From a virus, in the IMG/VR virus record IMGVR_UViG_3300032242_002920, positions 1 to 64,000 of that record: 64,000 nucleotides of DNA; one strand, 5' to 3'. Below are positions 9,217 through 18,900 of this stretch, one piece after another (positions within the stretch are counted from its first letter, which is position 1; the number at the start of each line of letters is the position of its first letter). The position numbers and the translations under genes were made by a program. Under the pieces are notes generated by a model. It searched no databases. It was not told the origin of the DNA and saw only the letters and a program-made list of their open reading frames with translations.

Positions 9217-11558
9217 TGTGGGAAGAGCTTAACACTATCGACATTACTTCGGCGTTTGTTGGTATTACAACGCCGTTGCCTGATATTATTGCTCAAATTC
9301 AACAGCTAGGTTGGGAAGTAGACAGCATTAATTTTAAAAATAATGCTTTTACGGCAGTTGGAAAGAGTCAAGCTGGTGAAAAGCTCGAAACTACAGGGAA
9401 CACTGAAGCTACAGCCGCTGGCAACTTGCTAGCGGCTATTCAGCGTCAACAGAGTATGCGGATGGTATTTAATACCCGAGTTGCCGCTTGGGATGATCCG
9501 TTTATAGATTTGCAAGAAGCGGTCGCTCACGAATACGCAGATGCTAAAGCGTATGATAAAAAAGCAGCATCAGCATGGACGGAGCTTGCAGAAGATTGCA
9601 GAAGGCGCGTTGAAATTATTCAAAGCGAGATTAAAATTGAAATTACTAATAACCCCATTCCATATAAAAGCTTTTCAGAAATGGCGGAAGATATTACGGA
9701 AAAGGGGCATTTCATTGTATCTAGAGCTAATGCCTCTCATCCTATTTGGAGTGTAAATCAAGTTGTAGACTTTCGCATTGCGCATGATATTTTAGGTCAC
9801 GCTGCTGCTGGCGGAGATTGGTCTTGGTTCGGTATCAATAGAGCATTTCAGGCACACGCACCACTTCTTACTTATACGGCACAAAAAGCCCTGTTTACAG
9901 AAGTCATTGGCCAAGGGGCGTTTAATTCTTATTACGGATCTATCGCTCCTCAAAAAATTGCCTTTCTCAAGATTTTTGACAATCCGGAAGACGGGGATGA
10001 ACCTTATCATCACCCCGTTCATCCTTCGCAAACCGTAATTCCCGGAGGAATGGCAAAAATCCCCGTTGAAGATAATTTTAAGGAAGCCTCATTGGACGGT
10101 TTTGTTGATCCAAACGAAGGATATCAAACGGGTATTGAACCAACTGAGGACAATGCATATAATTGGCACAGAATCAAAGATTCTCAAGGTAGAATGGTCG
10201 ATCCATTAAACAGTTACGAATTGCAAAATGTTGTTAATAACATTAAATCTGATTGGCATAAACTGGACGAATCTAGTCAAGAGCAAGCGGTTGCTAATGC
10301 TTTTAGAAATTCATTGCTTAAGCCGGGTAAGCACGAGCGCGCACACGCCCAACACTATCAAGCTATTAATCATCTTCCCGGATCAGTTGACGATCCTTCA
10401 AGGTATTGGGACGCTTTAACTCACGCTAGGGATACCCATAATACTGCGCGGGGATTTATGCAAGCTAACAAAGAACTTGATCAATACCTCATGCCGCTTA
10501 AAAGGCATATTCAAAGCATGAACCCAACTTTGAGACATGATGAAATTGGTAACATTGCAGATCATCATCTTTTGAATATGAGGGCTGAAGAGGAGCGCGA
10601 AGCTAAAAAGAAGCTTGGAGACGATGCAAGCGCAGAGGATATTCATAGAGAAGCTATTAAAAGGTTGCTTAAACGACTTAAAAGAATGACTAATACCAAA
10701 GTCAACCAAGATTATGACTTTGGTAATGAAAAAATGTTTTTTGAATCTAAGCATCCGGACCCAAGTGTTTATCCTTCGCCTCTGGCGCACCACGTCAAGC
10801 CAATTTCAGATATTTCTAAAAATATTAAAGATGTTACCAAGGCAGCCGTAGAAGATATTGAAAAAGGTGGCAAGGGTCATCATTTTAGGTCATCTTTGAT
10901 GAAGCAATATTACGAAGATCTTGATCCTCATCAAATTGATGAGGCTTGGTTTTATTTAGCCCCAGAGACCAGTCAGCTTGGAGCCGTCACGCCGGACATT
11001 TTAAAAGCTTTAGGGCGAAAGAAGGATGATCTCAACCTTAGAGATTATTTTAAAGCTGAGCGCGAGTTACAGGCCGCTAGAGACGCCTCTGGTTACGGTC
11101 ACATGCCTTTGGGACAATTTTCAAAAGGATTAAAAAATACAATGCGTCAAACTCCGGGACATCATCCAAGCAAAAGTCATTTGCATCCGCTTCGACCAAC
11201 TCCTCATACCGAAGTTAATTGGAGTAAACGTGAAAATAAATCGGAAAAACCAAGAGTGCCCGGATGGTTTAATACTACAAAAGATGCTCGTAAACAAGTT
11301 GCAAGCGAGTGGGATAGAGCAGAAGGAATCAAACATCCAAAGGGCGCAATTCCATTTAAAAAGAAAGCTGATGTCGATGCTGCATTTTCAACATTCTTGA
11401 CTCCATTTTTTCATGATCCAAATTCTGGAAAACGAGTAAACGGTATGCCGGGACAAACGCTTATGCAACATATGAGAGAATCAATGGGTCTAACAACTCC
11501 AGAAGTTTGGGTAATGAATCCTCAAACCGGAAAGGAAATGAATAATTATGGATCTTGA
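9216..11558 (+). CDS. Multidomain protein with an HDxxGH zincin-like domain; candidate head-internal/polyvalent protein
   Basis: PY.S..EM..D...HP...FRIAHDILGH...AL.TEVIGQ; RVAA, KEAS and KKA at apparent module borders. Confidence 0.65.
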   Translation: MWEELNTIDITSAFVGITTPLPDIIAQIQQLGWEVDSINFKNNAFTAVGKSQAGEKLETTGNTEATAAGNLLAAIQRQQSMRMVFNTRVAAWDDPFIDLQEAVAHEYADAKAYDKKAASAWTELAEDCRRRVEIIQSEIKIEITNNPIPYKSFSEMAEDITEKGHFIVSRANASHPIWSVNQVVDFRIAHDILGHAAAGGDWSWFGINRAFQAHAPLLTYTAQKALFTEVIGQGAFNSYYGSIAPQKIAFLKIFDNPEDGDEPYHHPVHPSQTVIPGGMAKIPVEDNFKEASLDGFVDPNEGYQTGIEPTEDNAYNWHRIKDSQGRMVDPLNSYELQNVVNNIKSDWHKLDESSQEQAVANAFRNSLLKPGKHERAHAQHYQAINHLPGSVDDPSRYWDALTHARDTHNTARGFMQANKELDQYLMPLKRHIQSMNPTLRHDEIGNIADHHLLNMRAEEEREAKKKLGDDASAEDIHREAIKRLLKRLKRMTNTKVNQDYDFGNEKMFFESKHPDPSVYPSPLAHHVKPISDISKNIKDVTKAAVEDIEKGGKGHHFRSSLMKQYYEDLDPHQIDEAWFYLAPETSQLGAVTPDILKALGRKKDDLNLRDYFKAERELQAARDASGYGHMPLGQFSKGLKNTMRQTPGHHPSKSHLHPLRPTPHTEVNWSKRENKSEKPRVPGWFNTTKDARKQVASEWDRAEGIKHPKGAIPFKKKADVDAAFSTFLTPFFHDPNSGKRVNGMPGQTLMQHMRESMGLTTPEVWVMNPQTGKEMNNYGS

Positions 11559-11613
11559 ATTGGATTTAGACATTGAATCTATTGAAATTACTCTCGAAGA
11601 CATTGGTTTATAG
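11548..11613 (+). CDS. Possible 21-aa acidic peptide
   Basis: MDLELDLDIESIEITLEDIGL*, with upstream AAAGGA, overlapping the previous stop. Confidence 0.35.
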   Translation: MDLELDLDIESIEITLEDIGL

Positions 11614-11639
11614 CTGAAACCTAACTGGTAATTAGTAGC

Positions 11640-11987
11640 ATGACTTTAATACCAGATACATACGATTTTACAATTTGGCAGGGTGCAAGCTTTTATGAAA
11701 CTTTAACTGTATATAGTGATGCAGGGACAACTATTCGCAATTTGTCAAATTGCACAGTAACCATGAATGTTACAAAGCAACCCAAGGGAGACTTGCTTAT
11801 TGCTTTAAGTACAAGTAATGGCAAAATTACCCTTGATGGACCAAATGGAATTATACGCTTGGCGCTGTCCGCATCTGATACTTCAAATATTCAGTGGAAA
11901 CGCGGATATTATGAAATTTCAATTGTTGATAATGGTAATAATATTACAGATATCATTATGTACGGCAATATTACTGTGGAGAAGTAA
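11640..11987 (+). CDS. Virion Ig-like adaptor protein (fibre-associated), paralog of 13302
   Basis: FTIWQGASFYETLT...I.L.L...T....WK.G.Y...G.I.V. Confidence 0.75.
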   Translation: MTLIPDTYDFTIWQGASFYETLTVYSDAGTTIRNLSNCTVTMNVTKQPKGDLLIALSTSNGKITLDGPNGIIRLALSASDTSNIQWKRGYYEISIVDNGNNITDIIMYGNITVEK

Positions 11988-13267
11988 TGGGTCAGGTATC
12001 AGTAACAAAAAACGTAGTAAAAGTTAATAGCAATGTAGGTAAATCTTCTATTAACGTTAATCTTAATACTGGTCCCAAGGGCGATACGGGCGCCGTTTCT
12101 ATTGTATCTCCAATTACTAATACTGGAACTGCAACAAATGCTATTATTGGAATTGATCAATCATTAATTTCAATTAATCCATCGCAAGTTATTGGCACGG
12201 CAGTCGTTACTACTGACAGTCGTTTAAGTGATTCGCGTACACCAACCGCGCATACACACGCAGCTACCGATATCACGAGCGGAACTTTTGACATTGCTCG
12301 CCTTCCAGTTGTCATTTCTGGTACAAGTAATGCAACTCAAGTAGTTAGAGCAGATGATTCACGGTTGTCAGATAACAGAAATCCCAAGTTTGATTATTCA
12401 TTAACTGGTGCTAGGGTTATTGGTTACGATTTAAATGAAACCCCATTTTCTAACATTACTGGTCAAGCGGGCGATGTTTATATTGGCAGGAGGTCTATTA
12501 CAGATATTACTGATCGTTCTACAACTCGTCGTTCTCCCGCCTTATATATTCAAAATACCAGTACTAATTGGCAGGAATTTATACCCCTTGGATTAAACGT
12601 AACGAATAACGGGAGTTCTTCAACTTCAACTAATTTTAGTACTTATACGGTTAGTTCAAAAAGTGTTACTGCGGCTCAATGGACCGGTTCATCTACATCG
12701 GGCAATCCAATTATTGATGTTGCGGGACTACCGGATGCTATGACATGGGATCCGGGTAGCGCAATTAACAACCTTTCAGGAAAAGCTAACTCTATTGCTA
12801 TTACGGGAACACAGTCTGGCAATGTTATTGATCCAAATAATAAATCGTTTACTGGAACTAACAAAATTATAGATTCGTTATATTTTGCGCTTAATAAAAG
12901 CAATACATTTACTGGTACTCAAACCTTTTCTGCCAGTCAAACTAAAATTCAGAATGAACTTGTTGTTGGTGGCGGCACATCCGGTGCGGTTACCTTGCCT
13001 TACCTTGCAATTACAGGTGCCACGACATTGGGCGCTACACATTATACAGTTAACTGCACAAGTGCCGGTTTTACAGTTACATTGCCAACGGCAGTAGGTA
13101 TTACGGGACGTACTTATGTCATTAAAAATACAGCCGCGTCTGGAACAATAACTATCGCAACAACTTCTTCGCAATTGATCGATGGAGCGTCTACTAAATC
13201 TCTGACTACTCAATATTCATCTTTGGTTGTTCAATCAACCGGATCAGGCTGGATCGTTATCAACTGA
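11987..13267 (+). CDS. Fibre-like virion protein
   Basis: GPKGDTG collagen-like start; DSRLSD.R.P twice; C-terminal TVTLPTA...G..Y.IKN...IDG...W. Confidence 0.75.
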   Translation: MGQVSVTKNVVKVNSNVGKSSINVNLNTGPKGDTGAVSIVSPITNTGTATNAIIGIDQSLISINPSQVIGTAVVTTDSRLSDSRTPTAHTHAATDITSGTFDIARLPVVISGTSNATQVVRADDSRLSDNRNPKFDYSLTGARVIGYDLNETPFSNITGQAGDVYIGRRSITDITDRSTTRRSPALYIQNTSTNWQEFIPLGLNVTNNGSSSTSTNFSTYTVSSKSVTAAQWTGSSTSGNPIIDVAGLPDAMTWDPGSAINNLSGKANSIAITGTQSGNVIDPNNKSFTGTNKIIDSLYFALNKSNTFTGTQTFSASQTKIQNELVVGGGTSGAVTLPYLAITGATTLGATHYTVNCTSAGFTVTLPTAVGITGRTYVIKNTAASGTITIATTSSQLIDGASTKSLTTQYSSLVVQSTGSGWIVIN

Positions 13268-13301
13268 TAACTGGATGATTACCTAGCATATAATAAATAA
13301 C

Positions 13302-13718
13302 ATGACCGTAATTCCAGATAAACATACTTTTGCCATTTGGCAGGGCGCAACTTTTTACGAAGTTTTAACATTGTTTGATTCAATGGATGCGACACAACCT
13401 CGTGATCTTACAGGCTATGCTGCCGAAATGATTATTCGTGACAAACCAAATGGAGAGGCGTTATTAACTTTATCTACTATTGCAAATGGTGGGTCAATGA
13501 CCAATGGAATTCATCCGTCTGATGTAGGGTGCAGTATTACGCTTGGATCCTCATCAAGCGCCGATACAAAGGGCAAAATTACTTTGAAGATTACATCATC
13601 AGTAACGTCTCTTTTGACTTGGAAAAGCGGAGTTTATGATTTAACCATTTCTGAAGCGTCGGGCACTGGTAATACAGACGCGCTTCTCTACGGAGGGATT
13701 AAGGTTAATGGCGTATGA
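13302..13718 (+). CDS. Virion Ig-like adaptor protein, paralog of 11640
   Basis: MTVIPDKHTFAIWQGATFYEVLT matches MTLIPDTYDFTIWQGASFYETLT. Confidence 0.75.
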   Translation: MTVIPDKHTFAIWQGATFYEVLTLFDSMDATQPRDLTGYAAEMIIRDKPNGEALLTLSTIANGGSMTNGIHPSDVGCSITLGSSSSADTKGKITLKITSSVTSLLTWKSGVYDLTISEASGTGNTDALLYGGIKVNGV

Positions 13719-15934
13719 ACTTAGAGGTAGATGGTACTAAGAAGATCATCCTTGTTGAAAACAATCAAGGATTAAATCTAGTTACTCAAAGCAAGCAGGT
13801 CAACCTTGCCCTTTCAGGTGTTACAGAAAAGGGTCCGCAGGGATTAAAAGGCGACCAAGGTGATCGCGGCCTTGTCGGACCATCCGGCATTGCTTACGTT
13901 GCAACTAATATTAGCAATCAAGAGGTTGCTCTTGACCCTGCTCCTATTTATTATTTGCCATACAATCAAAAAATTGTATTTCAAATATCTCAGCCGGGAA
14001 CGGGAGATAATTTTATTGTATTAGGCGACGATTCTCGTCTTACCGATTCTCGAATTCCAAAAGGAGCCGCTGGCGGAGATTTAACGGGAACTTATCCAAA
14101 TCCTACGCTTCAGTCTATTACAAATCAAAGAACCAATTTGGTTATTTATAAAACTTTAATTGATACAAAAGGTAGAATTACATCTTCTGTTCAAGCAACT
14201 GCCAGCGACCTTGGACTTGGTAATGTTGATAATACTAGAGATCTTGATAAACCTATTTCTGATTTAACTCAAACAGAATTAAATAGAAAACTTTATTCTT
14301 CAACGGCAGCAACAACATACACTCGTCTTGACGATAGTAAATTAACTCCACAAGCTCAATCAACCGCCAGTGTTCGCGCAATTGAAGGTACTGGATCAAA
14401 AATTACCGTTGCCGCTAGCGATCACACGCACACTGCTATCAATAATGACATTTCTTTAGGCGGACACAGATTAACTGGGGTTATTACTGATGCCGTCAGC
14501 CAGCCTACAGATGCAGCAAATAAACAATACGTAGATAGCTTTGCCGCTGGTATTAAACCACACGCCGCTGTTAAAGCAACTACAACCGGATCCGAAACTT
14601 ACACTGTTACAGGAACCGCAGTTTCACAAATTACGGGAACAACTATTGATAGTTATAGCCCCGCGATTGGAGAAAGAATCCTTATCAAAAATGCGCCTGC
14701 AAATGGGTCAAGTGGATTGGGATCTTTAACAGAAACTCAATCAAAATTAAATGGCGCTTATGTGATTACTGACAATACAACAAATTTGAACGTTCAAAGG
14801 GCAGATGATATGGGAGGCCCTCCAACTTCAAGCACAAGTTGGAGCCAAGTTGTAGGTGCGTACTTCTTTGTGGAAAATGGTGGCTCTCAAACAAATACGT
14901 CTTGGTCAGCCAATGTACTAAACACCGGATCAGAGGTTATTGGCGCTTCTTTAATTGGGTTTTCTAAATTTTCTAGCACGAATATTCAAGCCGGTAACGG
15001 TATCACTAAATCTGGATCAACCATTTCGGTTAAGCCAAATGCCACTACTGGCGCTAATAATGCAAATACTATTCAAGTTGATGGTAATGGCGTTGCCGTA
15101 AATTTGGATTCTACTAAGGGACTCTACTCAACAACAAGTGGAGCGGGAATTCAATTAGATACCAATTCCGGACTTGCATTTAATGGAACCTCTGGGGCGT
15201 TAAAACTTTCTTCAACAATTAATGGTTCTGGGTTAAATTACTCAAGCGGACAACTTAGTATTGCTGCCAATCAATCTAGTACAATTACTACACTTGGTAA
15301 TGTCACTCTTGGAAATATTACTACCGGATCGGTTAACTCTGGTAGTAGCGCGATTACTGGTGGATCAATTACGGGCAGTAGCCTTTCTCTTGGCAGTGGA
15401 AATATGACTACCACCGGTAACGTTTCGGGCGTTTGGGCAGGAACTGCGGTAGATGTAGCTCACGGAGGAACGGGAGCAAACAATGCGACGGACGCTAGAG
15501 GCAATCTTGGCGTCGGTAATGTTGGTAAACAAGGCTCTCTTACATTTAAAACAACACAAAGTTTTGCCATTCAAGGTAACGTTGTAACTAATTCGAGCCT
15601 GCCAATGCCTTCGTTTTTTGCAGTAAAAGCATTTCCTACTAATTGTGTTACAACGCTAGATCAAGTTATTTATAAAATAGGCGACGGTACAACGGGAGCT
15701 TGGGTACAATTTGCAATTGTTAATGCTGGATCTACTGCATTTACTACATCAACCTCTCCAACGGGAACGCCACCTGCTGCCAATTTAACAGGCACGTCCT
15801 CTCAATCAGTTACAACAAATAATTCAATTGGCGATACTTATAACGAAATTGCCTTGAATGTAATCCAAATTAATGGATCGCCTAAAAATCTTTCAGTAAC
15901 ATTAGTATTTAAACACATCTACTCTCCTTCTTGA
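13715..15934 (+). CDS. Fibre-like virion protein
   Basis: Short Gly-X-Y run; DDSRLTDSR.P; GGDLTGTYPNP; LGLGNVDNT.D.DKP.S; DAANKQYVD; RILIKN...NGAY; V.HGGTGA...AR.NLG. Confidence 0.8.
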   Translation: MNLEVDGTKKIILVENNQGLNLVTQSKQVNLALSGVTEKGPQGLKGDQGDRGLVGPSGIAYVATNISNQEVALDPAPIYYLPYNQKIVFQISQPGTGDNFIVLGDDSRLTDSRIPKGAAGGDLTGTYPNPTLQSITNQRTNLVIYKTLIDTKGRITSSVQATASDLGLGNVDNTRDLDKPISDLTQTELNRKLYSSTAATTYTRLDDSKLTPQAQSTASVRAIEGTGSKITVAASDHTHTAINNDISLGGHRLTGVITDAVSQPTDAANKQYVDSFAAGIKPHAAVKATTTGSETYTVTGTAVSQITGTTIDSYSPAIGERILIKNAPANGSSGLGSLTETQSKLNGAYVITDNTTNLNVQRADDMGGPPTSSTSWSQVVGAYFFVENGGSQTNTSWSANVLNTGSEVIGASLIGFSKFSSTNIQAGNGITKSGSTISVKPNATTGANNANTIQVDGNGVAVNLDSTKGLYSTTSGAGIQLDTNSGLAFNGTSGALKLSSTINGSGLNYSSGQLSIAANQSSTITTLGNVTLGNITTGSVNSGSSAITGGSITGSSLSLGSGNMTTTGNVSGVWAGTAVDVAHGGTGANNATDARGNLGVGNVGKQGSLTFKTTQSFAIQGNVVTNSSLPMPSFFAVKAFPTNCVTTLDQVIYKIGDGTTGAWVQFAIVNAGSTAFTTSTSPTGTPPAANLTGTSSQSVTTNNSIGDTYNEIALNVIQINGSPKNLSVTLVFKHIYSPS

Positions 15935-15938
15935 TAAT

Positions 15939-18900
15939 ATGATTACTCAACGGCTTAAAGTAGAAAAAGACCAAGCCGGTAATCCCACCGGAAATATTAT
16001 TAAAGACGATGGTTCTTTATTTACTGCATTTGGTCACAATTATGATAACCCTCGTAGTCAAATTATTGAAGATTCTTGGAATAAAGAACTATACGCTGGC
16101 GGCTTTAAAGGCGCTAATCATATTGCTAATGTTAGCAACTATCGTCAAGTAGACGCTGGTATTATTAATTTTGGTGGATTGTTAGTTCAAACTTATGAAG
16201 TTACATTAACAACTGATGGTAATCATAATTTTGCACCAAATGACAAAATTGTTTTAAGTAATGTTAATGGTACATATGAGAAAGCGCAAGCTTTTGATAT
16301 TAACGGATACATTGCAGATGCAAATACGCCCAGAATTACCTCAGTTTCATCTGATAATTTAACTATTAAATACACCATTGGCTGGCCCGTAGGATCGGTA
16401 CCATCTGATATTCCCGCTTTAAATAATGTTACAACATCGGTAACTGGATTAATTGTTGCTCCGTCAACAATAGAATCAGACCTTGCTATTTTAAATTTAA
16501 ATAAAAGTAATATTATTCGCATTTGTCTGCAATTAGACAAATTTATGACAGATAAAAATACTCCAAATCAAGACCAATTAAATAAATTATATGAGTTTTG
16601 TGATCTGGCCGCTAAATATGATATTTATGTTATTATTAATGGCGCTAACACTTGGGTTGCCGCAAACCAACCAGATTGGTTGATAGGAATTACCGAAGAG
16701 GATCGCTGGCTTACGCAGGCCAATTTTTGGAAAGCTATTGCAAGTAAAATCGGGGGTCATCCTGCGGTTGCATGGTATAGTTTAATTAATGAACCAATTG
16801 ATCAATACGATGACGCAGTTATTAGCGCATACTCTTCGGCATCTGGAATAGAAATCCACGTTACACAAACTGACGATGGAACATTTGACTCTTATTCTGT
16901 ATTTGCGGGTCGAGTCGGAAAACCCGGTTATGCTTTAATGTCTAACGGATCGGGAATTGAATTAATTCAATATCAAGATCTTCAAGTTGCTAGTGATCCA
17001 CTCAATACAGATGTGGACACTGTATTTGTAGCAAATTTGATTGGTATTACTAGGTCTGCGTATGGATCCAATCCGACAATCAATGATGCCAATGTTGTTG
17101 GTTCTTATATATCGTTAATCGATAAAAAACCAGATGTTACAAATCTTCAAATTACAAACATTGATGCAGTTCAAAGTACTGCATTAATTGATTTAGCTCC
17201 AAGTAATTCGTTTCAACCATTTCAAATACAAACAAATCAATATCAAAATAAATTTGGATTTGTTGGTAGTGATTATGCTGCTGCAACAAAAGCGGCATCA
17301 AGTGTTAATTGGGGAGGAGACGATCTACTGGGAGCAAATATTCCCGTTGGAGCAAGTAACAAGACGAATCGTTATTCAACGCAATTATCACTTGCAGTTG
17401 GACTAACGGAAGTTAATCATGCTATTTCAGGATCAGTTTTATCCTCAAATATCAATGTTTTTGGAGTACCGTTTGGTTATGGCCAAGTTTTAAATGCGCG
17501 AGGACAGGGCGCGTCAAGTGATTATGCAAATGGTAATACTTTTAAAATTAATTCAGTAAATTTTGGAACAAATGACTTTTTATCTTATGGAACTCCCTAT
17601 GGATACAACACCCAATTTTTCATTAATTCATTGCGCACCATTTTAAGTAGGTTGAGATCAAACGCAGTTAATGAATTTACTGGACTTTCTGGATTTTCAA
17701 CAGTATCTTTAAATAGCGCCTCCGGCGGAGATTATCAGCAGTATTCCGGAGGTGGAACAAAAACTGTCACATTTTCAACAGGATCGGGATTTATAGGCGG
17801 AACGATTGCTATTGGATTTATGGTAGAAAACAATGCCAATGTTCAAGCTAAGATTGCCGTAAATAGTAAGTCATATAATCAAAGTTTAATATCCGGAATT
17901 GACACTCGGCCCGGAATCACGGCACCAGTTGTAAAAAGAATTCCAAACCTACCCGCTGGTGCCAACAACATTACAATTACCTTTACCGTTACATCTGGTA
18001 ACGCATGTTTAGATTATTGGCAAATTGAATCAAGTAATCCGGCACCGATTATTGTTCATAATATAGCTGAATTGCAAGTTGCACCAATCACAATTTCAAG
18101 TGCGCCAACTGCTAGTGGTTATACGTACACATATACAACAAGTACAAATCATAACTTGTTTATTGGAGAATCGGTAAATATTAGCGGTATTGCGGCAGGA
18201 ACAAATTATAACAGTTTTAACGGAACGTTCACTGTTGTAGACACTCCATCTTTAAATCAATTTACGGTAACGGGGTCAACATTAAATCCTACTGCCACTG
18301 CAATTAGCAGCGCTCAAGTAATTGCCAATTATCAGGTTTCTGCAATACGTAATTGGAATCAAGAAATTGCCAATTTGGTTTCAACGGAATTTTTTGATGG
18401 AACCGTTTTTTATTTTGATGTTAACGACAGTTCTGTGTTAAATACCGGTTCGTATGTTAACTCGCCAATTACCTCGCCCAATCCTAATATTTCTTCTGAC
18501 TATTTAAATCCCAACGACACTGGTCATGCAAAAATTTCCGCAGGATGTAAAAACCTTCTTAATATTAATGGTTTTGGTGCAGTTAATGGCGTATCTGTTA
18601 CTGGCACTTCTTATACTTACACGACGGTAATTGAGCATGGATTAAATGTTGGAGACTTAGTTGTTATTAAAAATGCCACCCCATCAACTTGTAATGGAGC
18701 GTTTACTGTAAATGCAATAACTACTAAAACTTTTACAGTTAGCGGAATTGCCAATCCAGTTGGCTTATCTGCCGCAGGTGCAAGTTATGCCCAGTGCCTC
18801 GTTCAACCCAATACAACATATTTCATTTCAACTACAAATTCATCAAATATTCCTTCATCAAGTAGGGTGGGATTTACAACTGCGTCTATTGCCGGAGAAA

